This document shows, piece by piece, positions 18,645 to 26,747 of a DNA stretch of 33,290 nt. Every line of letters starts with the position of its first letter. Position 1 is the stretch's first letter. Under the pieces are notes generated by a model. It was not told where the DNA came from. It worked only from the letters and a program-made list of their open reading frames with translations, and made no database searches. Origin of the DNA: Frankiaceae bacterium (GTDB lineage: Bacteria > Actinomycetota > Actinomycetes > JAVEEJ01). The stretch is from positions 1 through 33,290 of the forward strand of contig JAVEEJ010000323.1 of assembly GCA_030840515.1 (NCBI GenBank), in the 5' to 3' direction. A program made the position numbers and the translations under genes.

Positions 18645-18660
18645 GTTTCCAGCACGTTAC
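18645..18660 (-). promoter_or_regulatory. GlnR box upstream of glnA
   Basis: Minus strand GTAAC-gtgctg-GAAAC matches the actinobacterial GlnR consensus GTnAC-n6-GAAAC, 22 nt upstream of the start codon. Confidence 0.75.
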
Positions 18661-18706
18661 GAGGCCGACGCCGCAACGCGCGGCAGCTCAAGTCGTTAGG
18701 GGTGTT

Positions 18707-20326
18707 ATGTCAGGGGGGCCGAGTCGCCGTGCCGTGCTCTCGGGCGCGGCCGTGGGGATCGCGGCGGCCGGTCTGCGCGGCAGCGCGTCGGCCTCGGCGG
18801 CGGGTGGCAGCGACCGAGACGGGGACGAGTACGACGGGACTGGGCTCGACCCGACCCTCGCGGCACCGCCCCTCCCCGTCCCGGCGAACTCCGCGCTGCA
18901 CCTGCTGCGCCGGGTCACCCATGGACCGGCGCCGGTCGACTGGGAGGCGCTGACTCAGGCCGGCGGTCTCACTGAGTACCTCGACGCCCAGCTCGCCGAC
19001 ATGCCCGACGTGATCACCGACGCGCAGGTGCGCACCCGCTTCCCCTACGCCGAGCTGCCGCCCGCCGCGGTGCACGCCGCACTCGGACCCAACTGGGATC
19101 CCACGGCGATGCGACAGGTCGCGCTGGCGCACACGTTCCGGCAGCTCGTCTCGTCACGGCAGCTCTATGAGCAGGTCGTCGACGTCTTCTACAACCGGCT
19201 CAACGTTCCGGCGAACGGCGAGGACGGGCCGTGGTCGCTGCCGGACTACTACGCGCAGGTGATCCGCAAGCACGCTTATGGCAAGTACGCCGACATGGTG
19301 CTGGCTTCCGCGACGCACGGCGCGATGCTCGACTACCTGTCGGCCTCGGAGTCCACCAAGCACAACCCGAACGAGAACCTGGGCCGGGAGCTGCTCGAGC
19401 TGCACACCGTGGGACTCGGCGCGCGCTACACGGAGACCGACGTCAAGAAGGCGGCGCTTGCGCTGACCGGGCTGACCACCGCCGCCGACGGGTCGATGAC
19501 GTACTACGCGGCATCGCACTACGTCGGCGGGCTGCGCGTGCTGCGCTGGGCCCACCCGAACAAGACCGCTGCCGGTGGGCAGGCCGTCGTCGCGAGCCTC
19601 GTCAACTACCTCACCCGGCACTCCGCGTGCGCGCGGCGGGTCGCGTCGGCCCTGGCCACCCGATTCGTCTGCGACAAGCCCCCGCGTGACCTGCTGGACG
19701 CGATGCAGCACGCCTACCTGGCCAACGACACGGCCATCGTGCCCACGCTTCGCGCGATGTTCGCGCACAAGGCCTTCGAGCAGTGGAAGGGCCGCAAGCT
19801 GCGTCGGCCGCATCAGCAGGCGCTGGCCGCCGCCCGCTGCCTGAGCGTGGGCGCCGACCCGGCGCAGCCCACCGGGACCGACGGCACGTCCAGGCTCTGG
19901 TTCAGCATGGGCTCGCTCGGCGACGCGCCACTGACCCATGCGGCGCCCGACGGCCACCCCGACCTCGCGATGTGGTGGCTGTCGACCTCGAGCCGGCTGG
20001 CCGCCCCGCGGTGGTCGGTCCTGGCGACCGGTGGCTGGGGCGCCGGCCTGTCCAACCCCGACGCCGCAGTGCTTCGGCCGACGGACTCTTACGCGACGCA
20101 GGGTGCCGTGTGGTCGCCGGCCACGTCCGTGACACCGCGCCAGCTGGTCCAGGCCTGCGCCCGCCGGATGCTCGGCCAGTCCCTGCCTTCGGCCCAGGTC
20201 GACATCGTGGTCAAGGGCGTGGGGCTGTCGCCCACTGCCCCACCCGCGCTGTTGATCAGCTACGACGCCGCGCTGGAGGCGATCTACGCCCTGCTCGCCT
20301 CGCACCCGCAGCACACGGTGCGCTGA
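18707..20326 (+). CDS. DUF1800-family protein with Tat signal. Start ATG 18707
   Basis: MSGGPSRRAVLSGAAVGIAAAG Tat signal. HLLRRVTHG, RQLYEQVVDVFYNRLNV, AMLDYL...NPNENLGRELLELHTVG and YTETDVKKAALALTG hallmarks. Confidence 0.88.
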   Translation: MSGGPSRRAVLSGAAVGIAAAGLRGSASASAAGGSDRDGDEYDGTGLDPTLAAPPLPVPANSALHLLRRVTHGPAPVDWEALTQAGGLTEYLDAQLADMPDVITDAQVRTRFPYAELPPAAVHAALGPNWDPTAMRQVALAHTFRQLVSSRQLYEQVVDVFYNRLNVPANGEDGPWSLPDYYAQVIRKHAYGKYADMVLASATHGAMLDYLSASESTKHNPNENLGRELLELHTVGLGARYTETDVKKAALALTGLTTAADGSMTYYAASHYVGGLRVLRWAHPNKTAAGGQAVVASLVNYLTRHSACARRVASALATRFVCDKPPRDLLDAMQHAYLANDTAIVPTLRAMFAHKAFEQWKGRKLRRPHQQALAAARCLSVGADPAQPTGTDGTSRLWFSMGSLGDAPLTHAAPDGHPDLAMWWLSTSSRLAAPRWSVLATGGWGAGLSNPDAAVLRPTDSYATQGAVWSPATSVTPRQLVQACARRMLGQSLPSAQVDIVVKGVGLSPTAPPALLISYDAALEAIYALLASHPQHTVR

Positions 20327-20372
20327 CATGACGGACATGGTTGACATGACGGACATAGCTGAGATCACCGAC
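20325..20372 (+). repeat. Degenerate 18-bp tandem repeat at the DUF1800/DUF1501 junction
   Basis: gacatgacggacatggtt / gacatgacggacatagct / gagatcaccgac, encoding MTDMVD-MTDIAE-ITD. Confidence 0.7.
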
Positions 20373-21725
20373 GCGGGGCTGAACGACGACCTGGTTGACC
20401 TGACCCCGGAGCCCGCCGAAGGCACGTTCCTGCCCCGGGACGACGACACACCGGCACCCGTGGTGACCGCTGGCTCCGATGTGCCGGCACTGTCAGCCAT
20501 CGCGGCGGGCAACGGCCTTGACCGGCGCAACGTGCTCGGGGGCCTCGCGGCGGCGGCCGCGGCCGGCCTGGTGTCGTCGGCACTGCCCGGCCGGCTCGCG
20601 TTCGCCGGGACCCCGGGTGACTCGATCGTCGTGTTGTTCCTCCGCGGCGCGTACGACGGGATGTCGTTGCTCGCGCCCATCGGCGACCCCCACTACAAGA
20701 AGGCTCGTCCGCGACTGGCGCTGCCAGCCTCGATCGGTCTGCCGGCAGACCGGATGTTCGCCTGGAACCCGCAGGCGGTTCAGCTGCACAACCTCTTTCA
20801 GCGGGGACAGCTCGCGCCGATTGTCGGTGTCGCCTCCCCGGCCGCCACCCGCTCGCACTTCGAGGCGATGGAGCGGATGGAGTCGTGCTCCTATGCCGCC
20901 AGCCCGCAGCGCAGCGGGTGGCTCGACCGCTACGCCGAAGGGATCGGCGCCCGGCAGGTGTTCTCCTCGGTCGCGCTCGGCGGTCTCGTCCCCCGCTCGA
21001 TGACGGGAGCAGCGCCGGAGCTGACGATGCGCAGCCTTGACGCGTTCGACGTCTCGGTCGTGGGGCAGCGCAAGCGGTTCCTCAACGCGGTGCGCGGACT
21101 GCAGCACGCCAGTCGCGGCCCTGCCGCCAACGCGATGCTCGCGGGCCTCGCCGCGGTCGACCGCGTCGACCCGCTCAAGGGACGCCGCTCGGTCGGCTAC
21201 CCCGACACCTCTCTGGGCCGTGCGCTGCACGATGTCGCGACCCTGGTGCGCGCCAACCTCGGACTGCGAGTCGCGACGGTCGACGCCGGCGGCTGGGACA
21301 TGCACGTGGGGCTCGGTAACAGCGCCGGGAACAACGGGGGCAGCTTCGGGCGTCAGGCCGCCGACCTGTCGCTGTCGATCGGCGCCTTCGTCAAGGACCT
21401 GGGCGCGGCATGGCAGCGCACCACGCTGGTGGTGATGAGCGAGTTCGGACGACGGGTGGCGGAGAACGGCAGCGGCGGCCTGGACCACGGGCACGGGAAC
21501 ATGTGGCTGGTCGCCGGCGGCCGGATCCGCGGCGGCAAGGTCTACGGGCGTTGGCCCGGCCTGGCGCCGAGCCGGTTGGATGACGGTGACCTCGCGGGCC
21601 GCGTCGACCACCGGTCGGTGCTGGCCGAGGTGATCTCTCGGCGCGGCGGTGCGTCAGCCCGCACAGTTGGGGCCGCGCTTCCTGGGGCTCCGTCCACGCG
21701 GTTGGGCTTCACCGACCCTCGGTAG
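20328..21725 (+). CDS. DUF1501-family protein with Tat signal
   Basis: LDRRNVLGG Tat motif, VVLFLRGAYDGMSLLAP, TRSHFEAM, GGWDMH, SEFGRRVAENGSGGLDHGHG. Follows DUF1800 as usual. Exact start is uncertain. Confidence 0.88.
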   Translation: MTDMVDMTDIAEITDAGLNDDLVDLTPEPAEGTFLPRDDDTPAPVVTAGSDVPALSAIAAGNGLDRRNVLGGLAAAAAAGLVSSALPGRLAFAGTPGDSIVVLFLRGAYDGMSLLAPIGDPHYKKARPRLALPASIGLPADRMFAWNPQAVQLHNLFQRGQLAPIVGVASPAATRSHFEAMERMESCSYAASPQRSGWLDRYAEGIGARQVFSSVALGGLVPRSMTGAAPELTMRSLDAFDVSVVGQRKRFLNAVRGLQHASRGPAANAMLAGLAAVDRVDPLKGRRSVGYPDTSLGRALHDVATLVRANLGLRVATVDAGGWDMHVGLGNSAGNNGGSFGRQAADLSLSIGAFVKDLGAAWQRTTLVVMSEFGRRVAENGSGGLDHGHGNMWLVAGGRIRGGKVYGRWPGLAPSRLDDGDLAGRVDHRSVLAEVISRRGGASARTVGAALPGAPSTRLGFTDPR

Positions 21726-21736
21726 ATCTGCGTGCG

Positions 21737-22600
21737 TCAGATCGTGAAGGTCGTCTCGGGCTGAGTCTGCTTCTCCGAGGCCTGGCTGATGACGCGAAGC
21801 CTGTAGTCACCCGCGGGCAGCGGTCGGCCTCGCGCGTCCACGTCGGTCCAGGATGCGGTCCACTGCCAGCAGTGGTCGGTCTCGGCAACAAGTTCGTGCG
21901 GCTGATGGTCCGCCGGGTGGTCCGCAGACCAGCGCCAGACGACTTCCGTGCCTCTCATGACCAGCAGTTCGACCTCGCGGCTAGTGCTGAAGATGAGCTT
22001 GCTGCCCGAGGTGCCGTCGCGGCAGAGTTCGTCGGTGAGTTCATGACCATGCGCGGTCTTCTTGACGATCGCGCTGTGACACCAGTTGACCGTGGAGTGG
22101 GTGTTGTCCCCCACGTCCGATGACGCGCCCTGGCAGAACGACGTACCGCTCCCCAAGGGTGCTGGCCGGGCAAAGTAGTTCCGAACCAAGTCCGGTGTCC
22201 GGTACCCGTCGACCGCGGGTCCCGGTCCCGTCGTGGCTGCCGGCTCCGCTGTCGCCTCGGGTCCAGCCGCGGCATTGGGAGACGAGGTCGCGCCCGGCTG
22301 CTGTCCGGACGCGCTGTCATTAGTGGCTCCAGGAACGGGAGCACGCGACGGCACATCTGACGCGGACGCTGAAGGCGCCGGTGTCGCACCGTCCGGGTGG
22401 CCCGTGACCCGCAGACTGTCCTGGCCGCCCAGGGAAGAGGAGCCGATGATGGCGAGTACGACGGCGACCGCACCGGCGCCCGTCGTACTCGCAGCCGTCG
22501 CCTTCAACCGCCGACGACGCCGGCCCGCCCGCCGTGCCTCGGCGAACCCACCGTCCGGTGGGCTGAGCTCGGTGAAGGGACGGCGCGGGAGGTCGCTCAT
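21737..22600 (-). CDS. Putative membrane anti-sigma factor with a C-terminal BsuPI-like Ig domain. Start ATG 22600
   Basis: Short cytoplasmic part ending ARRAGRRRRR, one TM, P/S/A/T linker, then FSTSREVELLV..VVWRWS..WTASW...GRPLPAGDYRL. ATGA overlap with the sigma stop. Confidence 0.7.
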   Translation of the reverse strand: MSDLPRRPFTELSPPDGGFAEARRAGRRRRRLKATAASTTGAGAVAVVLAIIGSSSLGGQDSLRVTGHPDGATPAPSASASDVPSRAPVPGATNDSASGQQPGATSSPNAAAGPEATAEPAATTGPGPAVDGYRTPDLVRNYFARPAPLGSGTSFCQGASSDVGDNTHSTVNWCHSAIVKKTAHGHELTDELCRDGTSGSKLIFSTSREVELLVMRGTEVVWRWSADHPADHQPHELVAETDHCWQWTASWTDVDARGRPLPAGDYRLRVISQASEKQTQPETTFTI

Positions 22601-23127
22601 CGCGCGTCCCCCATCTCTCCGGCCAGCACGAGGCGGGCCTCGTGAAGGCGACGCTTGACCGTGCCGACCGGGCGGTGGGTCAGGCGAGCGACCTCTTCGA
22701 CCGGCAGGTCGGCGTAGTAGTGCAGCAGCACCGCCTCTCGGAGCCGCTCCGGGAGTCGCTGCACCAAGTCGCGCAGCCATGGGTCGTGGGCCGGCGCGGT
22801 CGCGACGATGGCTCGCGCCGACTCGCGCGCGAGCACCCGGTCCTTGGTGGTCTGCCGCCAGTGGTCGCGGGCGATGTTGGTGGCGACGAAGAACAGCCAG
22901 GCCCGCGGGTCACAGACACTGCGCCAGCGTGCGAGCAGCCGGGTGAACGCCTCCTGGGCGATGTCCACGGCTGCTCCCTGGTCTCCGACGATGGCGAGCG
23001 CGTAGCCGGACAAGGGTCCGAAGTGCTCGGCGTACAACGCCTCGAACTGCTCCGCCTGGGACGGGGCGTCGACGGACTGAGCGGGAGGCGGCACGGGGTG
23101 TCTCAGTGCCCCCACCTCCGTCGTCAC
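22597..23127 (-). CDS. ECF (sigma70-family) RNA polymerase sigma factor
   Basis: Region 2 FEALYAEH...AVDIAQEAFTRL...AWLFFVATNIARDHWR. Region 4 LPERLREAVLLHYYADLPVEEVA...GTVKRRLHEAR. RBS AGGAGG. Confidence 0.93.
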   Translation of the reverse strand: MTTEVGALRHPVPPPAQSVDAPSQAEQFEALYAEHFGPLSGYALAIVGDQGAAVDIAQEAFTRLLARWRSVCDPRAWLFFVATNIARDHWRQTTKDRVLARESARAIVATAPAHDPWLRDLVQRLPERLREAVLLHYYADLPVEEVARLTHRPVGTVKRRLHEARLVLAGEMGDAR

Positions 23128-23158
23128 TCCTGTCCTCCTGATCAGTGTGCGTCGGGTC

Positions 23159-23218
23159 GTAGACGGAGCAGACGGCGGGAAGGTTCGGCCGAACCTGAGC
23201 GGGTTTCCACCCGTCTAC
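23159..23218. promoter_or_regulatory. Back-to-back divergent ECF-type promoters GAACC-N16-CGTCTAC
   Basis: Plus strand: GAACC 23191-23195, 16 nt, CGTCTAC 23212-23218. Minus strand: mirror copy ending at 23159. Central 16-bp palindrome AGGTTCGGCCGAACCT at 23181-23196. Confidence 0.75.
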
Positions 23219-23250
23219 GGCCTGTCAGCCCGCCCAGCCAGGAGGAACGC

Positions 23251-23829
23251 ATGAACGCCCGGACCGTCACCGCACTCCTCTGCGCCGCCGCGCTCGGCGC
23301 GCTCGCCCCGACAGCGACGGCCGCCCCTGTCGAGCAGCGCCGGATCGCCACGACCGAGCTCCACCTGGGTCTGGCCGGCGGACGCACCCTCGACGTCCAG
23401 CTGCGGTTGCTCACCGGGCCCAGCGGGAGCACGCTACGGGTCGAGACCGCGCGCTGCGACGCCAACGGCTGCGACGCCGCATCGGACTACGCCGGGCCAG
23501 TGAGCGGCGCTTCCATCTCGGGCACCGATGCGCGGGCGACCCTGCACTCCGTCGTCGGAGGGCTGGCGCTCTCCCTCACGTGGACACCGTCGGGCGAGCA
23601 GGCGCACGAGCTCGGCGGCCTGCGGGGCAGCGGCAACGGCGGCGAGGACGACCTGAGCGTCTACTCCGGCAGCCCCGCGCTGGTGGCCGCCCAGGTCGAG
23701 TCTGTGGCGTGCCACCTGACCGGTGTCGTCGGTGACGAGGTGCACGTCTCCGACTCCAGCGGTCCTGCCGCGGGTGTGCGCCCGCTCACCGCGCTGAACC
23801 TGCCTCGCCGGGCGACTGTCATCTGCTGA
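23251..23829 (+). CDS. Secreted hypothetical protein (192 aa, beta-rich, Cys-containing). Start ATG 23251
   Basis: RBS GGAGGA, signal peptide MNARTVTALLCAAALGALAPTATA, CDANGC loop. Divergent from the ECF sigma gene. Confidence 0.75.
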   Translation: MNARTVTALLCAAALGALAPTATAAPVEQRRIATTELHLGLAGGRTLDVQLRLLTGPSGSTLRVETARCDANGCDAASDYAGPVSGASISGTDARATLHSVVGGLALSLTWTPSGEQAHELGGLRGSGNGGEDDLSVYSGSPALVAAQVESVACHLTGVVGDEVHVSDSSGPAAGVRPLTALNLPRRATVIC

Positions 23830-23857
23830 GTCGCCGTACTCGTCCCTGGGTCGCCGG

Positions 23858-25231
23858 CTACAGCTCGATCGCGACGGCCGGGCTGGAGTGCCCGTCAGTC
23901 TTGGTCGCGGGGACCGTGTCGAGCTTCTTGTAGTCGGGCGTGGTCGAGTCGTCGAAGGACGCCGCGATCTTGCCGTCGGGGAAGACGGTCACGCTGCAGA
24001 AGTCGAAGCGGTTGCTGGTCGTGCCCACGCCGATGCCGGTGTTGATGTCGCCCTTGCCCAGGTAGTAGGTGCGCAGCAGCCGCGGCTGCGCGCGCTTGAC
24101 GTCGACCACGAAGACCATGTCCTGGCCGCGGCCCGCTGAGTCGTCTGCGCGCACCGAGATCGCCGCGATCCCGGCCTTGCCGTTGACCTTCACGTCGTGC
24201 AGCGGGTCGCTGCCGCCCTCGAGCCTGCGGCCCTCGGGCACGGTGATGTCGATGCTCTTCCACGCCTTCCCACCATCGGTGGACAGGGCAAGCGAGAGGC
24301 TCTGCGCGCTCGGAACAACCTCGGTGAGCCAGCCGCGGGAGTCCTGGCGCACGGTGCCGCGGGGGATCCACGGCAAGCGGACGCAGCCCCACTTGGCCGT
24401 GGTCTGGTCCAGCCGCGCGGCCACGCAGGGGAAGTCGTCGTCGCCGTTCTTGAACAGCAGCACCCCGCCCGCGTTGAGCGGCAAGGTGTAGGTGCCGGGG
24501 TTGGGCTGCCAGAAGTCAGCGTCTGGGTTCTTCACGACGCGCGGGCGGAACAGCGGGAACTCGCTGCCCGTCGCCTCCTGGCTCGGGATCGACGGAGTCG
24601 AGTAGTCCAGGCCGTCACCGCTGATCACCTCGAGCGACTTGGTGACCCCGCCGCCGCGGATGATGGTGGCGAACGGGTACTTCGTGCCACCGATCGTGAA
24701 CGGGCCCTTGGCGTAGGTGACCCACTCGCGGTCGAAGAACGGCGACTTCAGCGGGACCTCGGACACCTCCCACGCCGCCGAGCTCTTGGTGTAGCGGAAG
24801 CCCTGCAGATGGTCGCCGGTGTAGGCATCCCACCCGGCGCCGTACACGTTGCCGCCCGGTCCGGCGACGAGCGCGCCCTCGCCGTTGTAGAGCGGCGTGG
24901 TGGGCGTGACCTTCCACCAGGACTTGCCGCGGTCGTCGGAGTAGTAGGGCACGACCCCGCCGAACTCGAGCAGCCGTCCGGTCGCGGTCGCGGCGACGTA
25001 GGTCTCGCAGCAGTCCCCTCCGACGTCGCTCCAGCGCCAGGTCTTGGAGCCGATCTTGCGGCCGCGGGCGTCGAAGACCGGGTAGCTGGCGACGTGCACA
25101 CCGGCGGCGTACTTCTGCACGCTCGCCGGAGTGACCGCCGCCGGGCCGGCGGGGGTAGGCCCGGCCACCGCGGCCGAGACGGCGAGAGCGAGGGCGGCGA
25201 CGGAAAGGACAACGGGGGGCGTTCGGCGCAT
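23858..25231 (-). CDS. Secreted Asp-box (sialidase-like) beta-propeller protein with a GGDCCE motif, paralog 1
   Basis: Signal peptide, Asp-boxes SDDRGKSW and STDGGKAW, colinear with the neighbouring gene. Start 25231 is preferred over 25237 because it matches the promoter spacing of paralog 2. Confidence 0.78.
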   Translation of the reverse strand: MRRTPPVVLSVAALALAVSAAVAGPTPAGPAAVTPASVQKYAAGVHVASYPVFDARGRKIGSKTWRWSDVGGDCCETYVAATATGRLLEFGGVVPYYSDDRGKSWWKVTPTTPLYNGEGALVAGPGGNVYGAGWDAYTGDHLQGFRYTKSSAAWEVSEVPLKSPFFDREWVTYAKGPFTIGGTKYPFATIIRGGGVTKSLEVISGDGLDYSTPSIPSQEATGSEFPLFRPRVVKNPDADFWQPNPGTYTLPLNAGGVLLFKNGDDDFPCVAARLDQTTAKWGCVRLPWIPRGTVRQDSRGWLTEVVPSAQSLSLALSTDGGKAWKSIDITVPEGRRLEGGSDPLHDVKVNGKAGIAAISVRADDSAGRGQDMVFVVDVKRAQPRLLRTYYLGKGDINTGIGVGTTSNRFDFCSVTVFPDGKIAASFDDSTTPDYKKLDTVPATKTDGHSSPAVAIEL

Positions 25232-25240
25232 GGTCATGCG

Positions 25241-25267
25241 TTCGACGTCCGCGGCGCAGAGTCCTTC
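25241..25267 (-). promoter_or_regulatory. Putative sigmaH-like promoter of paralog 1
   Basis: GAAGGA-ctctgcgccgcggac(15)-GTCGAA, then 9 nt, then ATG. Confidence 0.6.
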
Positions 25268-25292
25268 CCGGACGAGTACGACGACCTAGCGG

Positions 25293-26684
25293 CTAGACCG
25301 CGATCGCCAGCTGCGGGGAGCCCTTGCCTGCCTTGTCGTCGAACGACGCCACCAGCTTGCCGTCCGGCAGGAAGGCGATCGTCATGTAGTCCATGCGGTC
25401 GCCGCTGGCCCCGCTCACCGCGTCGTTGGCGGTCACGAGGTTGCCGTCACCGACGAGGTCGGTCTCCACCAGCCTGGGCTTGCCCTTGCTCACGTCGATG
25501 AGGAAGACCATGTCCTGGCCTGGCTTGCCCTTCACCTTGTCGAAGCGCGTGATCAACGCCGCCTTGCCGAGCTTGCCGTTCACCTTCAGGTCATGCAGCG
25601 GGTTGCTGGTGTTGACGGCGTCGGACGTCGGCAGCCAGCCCTCGATGGTGCCGCCGACGGGGGACTTCACGGTGACGCCGGACCAGTGCCGGCCACCGTC
25701 GGTGGAGATCTCCACCCGCCAGCCCTTGCCGTCGGTCGACGGGTAGGCCTGCGTGAGCCAACCGCGCGAGTCTTGCCGCACGACGGTGCCGCGCAGACTG
25801 GCCGGGGCCTTGACGCAGTGCCAGGTGGCGTCCGACGTGCGCATGAGCGTGACCTCGCAGCCGGGCGCGTCGAGGTCATCGGCCTTGCGGTAGTGCAACG
25901 CGCCGCCGGCGTTGAGTGTGGTGGCGTGCGCCGCGGGAACGTCCTGGTTCCAGTCGGCGGTGGCGTCCTTCTTCACCGGCACGTAGTAGGTGGCCGACTC
26001 GGCGTTGTCGCCCGCGCTGTCGACCGGCGGGACCGTGAGCACGTCGTAGTGGAGCCCGTCAGCCGACAGGTACTCCACGTCCTTGCTCGGGTAGGCGCCG
26101 CGCACCAGGGTCGCGTAGGGCACGGTCTTGCCGCCGATGGTGATCGGCCCCTTCACGATCGAGACCCAGGGCCGGTCGAAGAACGGCCCGTGCAGCGGCG
26201 TGAAGGCGGTCTCGAACTTCTTCGTGGCGGCGGTGTACTTGTAGCCGGTCAGCACGTCGCCGCTGTAGGGGTCCCAAGTGATGCCGACGATGTCGCCGTT
26301 CGGGGCCACCGTCACCGCGCCCTCGCCGTTCGGCAGGACTCCTGGCGGCAGCGCGTAGGTGACCTGCTTCCAGGTCACCCCACGGTCATCGCTGAAGAAC
26401 AGGTAGGTGCCGCCGAACTCGTAGATGCGCCCGGCCTGCGTGGTGTGGCCGTACACCTCACAGCAGTCGCCGCCCGCGTCGGTCCGGCGCCAGCTCTTGG
26501 TCCCGATGCGCTTGCCCGCTGCGTTGTAGCGGTCCCAGGTCACGACCTCGTTGTGGGTCCGCACGCTCGTCACGACACCTGGCTGGGCGGGCACGTCGTT
26601 CGGGACGGGCGTGGTCGCGACCGCGACGCCGGCAAGAAGGGCGGCGGACGCCAGGAGCGGGAGGACGGTTCTGCGCAGCTGCAT
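25293..26684 (-). CDS. Secreted Asp-box beta-propeller protein with a GGDCCE motif, paralog 2. Start ATG 26684
   Basis: MQLRRTVLPLLASAALLAGVAVA signal peptide, SDDRGVTW, STDGGRHW. Shares NGEGA, WD.YxGD, PFFDR.WV, VRQDSRGWLT, LHD.KVNGK and GQDMVF with paralog 1. Confidence 0.8.
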   Translation of the reverse strand: MQLRRTVLPLLASAALLAGVAVATTPVPNDVPAQPGVVTSVRTHNEVVTWDRYNAAGKRIGTKSWRRTDAGGDCCEVYGHTTQAGRIYEFGGTYLFFSDDRGVTWKQVTYALPPGVLPNGEGAVTVAPNGDIVGITWDPYSGDVLTGYKYTAATKKFETAFTPLHGPFFDRPWVSIVKGPITIGGKTVPYATLVRGAYPSKDVEYLSADGLHYDVLTVPPVDSAGDNAESATYYVPVKKDATADWNQDVPAAHATTLNAGGALHYRKADDLDAPGCEVTLMRTSDATWHCVKAPASLRGTVVRQDSRGWLTQAYPSTDGKGWRVEISTDGGRHWSGVTVKSPVGGTIEGWLPTSDAVNTSNPLHDLKVNGKLGKAALITRFDKVKGKPGQDMVFLIDVSKGKPRLVETDLVGDGNLVTANDAVSGASGDRMDYMTIAFLPDGKLVASFDDKAGKGSPQLAIAV

Positions 26685-26693
26685 GGGGATCGC

Positions 26694-26719
26694 TTCGACA
26701 GCCGAGGGCGGAGTCCTGC
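26694..26719 (-). promoter_or_regulatory. Putative sigmaH-like promoter of paralog 2
   Basis: GCAGGA-ctccgccctcggct(14)-GTCGAA, then 9 nt, then ATG. Confidence 0.6.
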
Positions 26720-26747
26720 CGGCCGGCGCGCTCCGTAGGCTGGTGTT

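Noticed and set aside
17297-18706. Apparent 470-aa N-terminal extension of DUF1800 (1009-aa ORF)
   Set aside because: Antisense to glnA. The real protein starts at ATG 18707 with a Tat signal.
22642-23250. N-terminal half of the 395-aa plus-strand ORF
   Set aside because: Antisense to the ECF sigma gene. RBS and signal peptide indicate a start at 23251.
23858-26684. PQQ dehydrogenase assignment for the Cys-Cys propellers
   Set aside because: No PQQ-type tryptophan-docking repeats are seen. The repeats are Asp-boxes.
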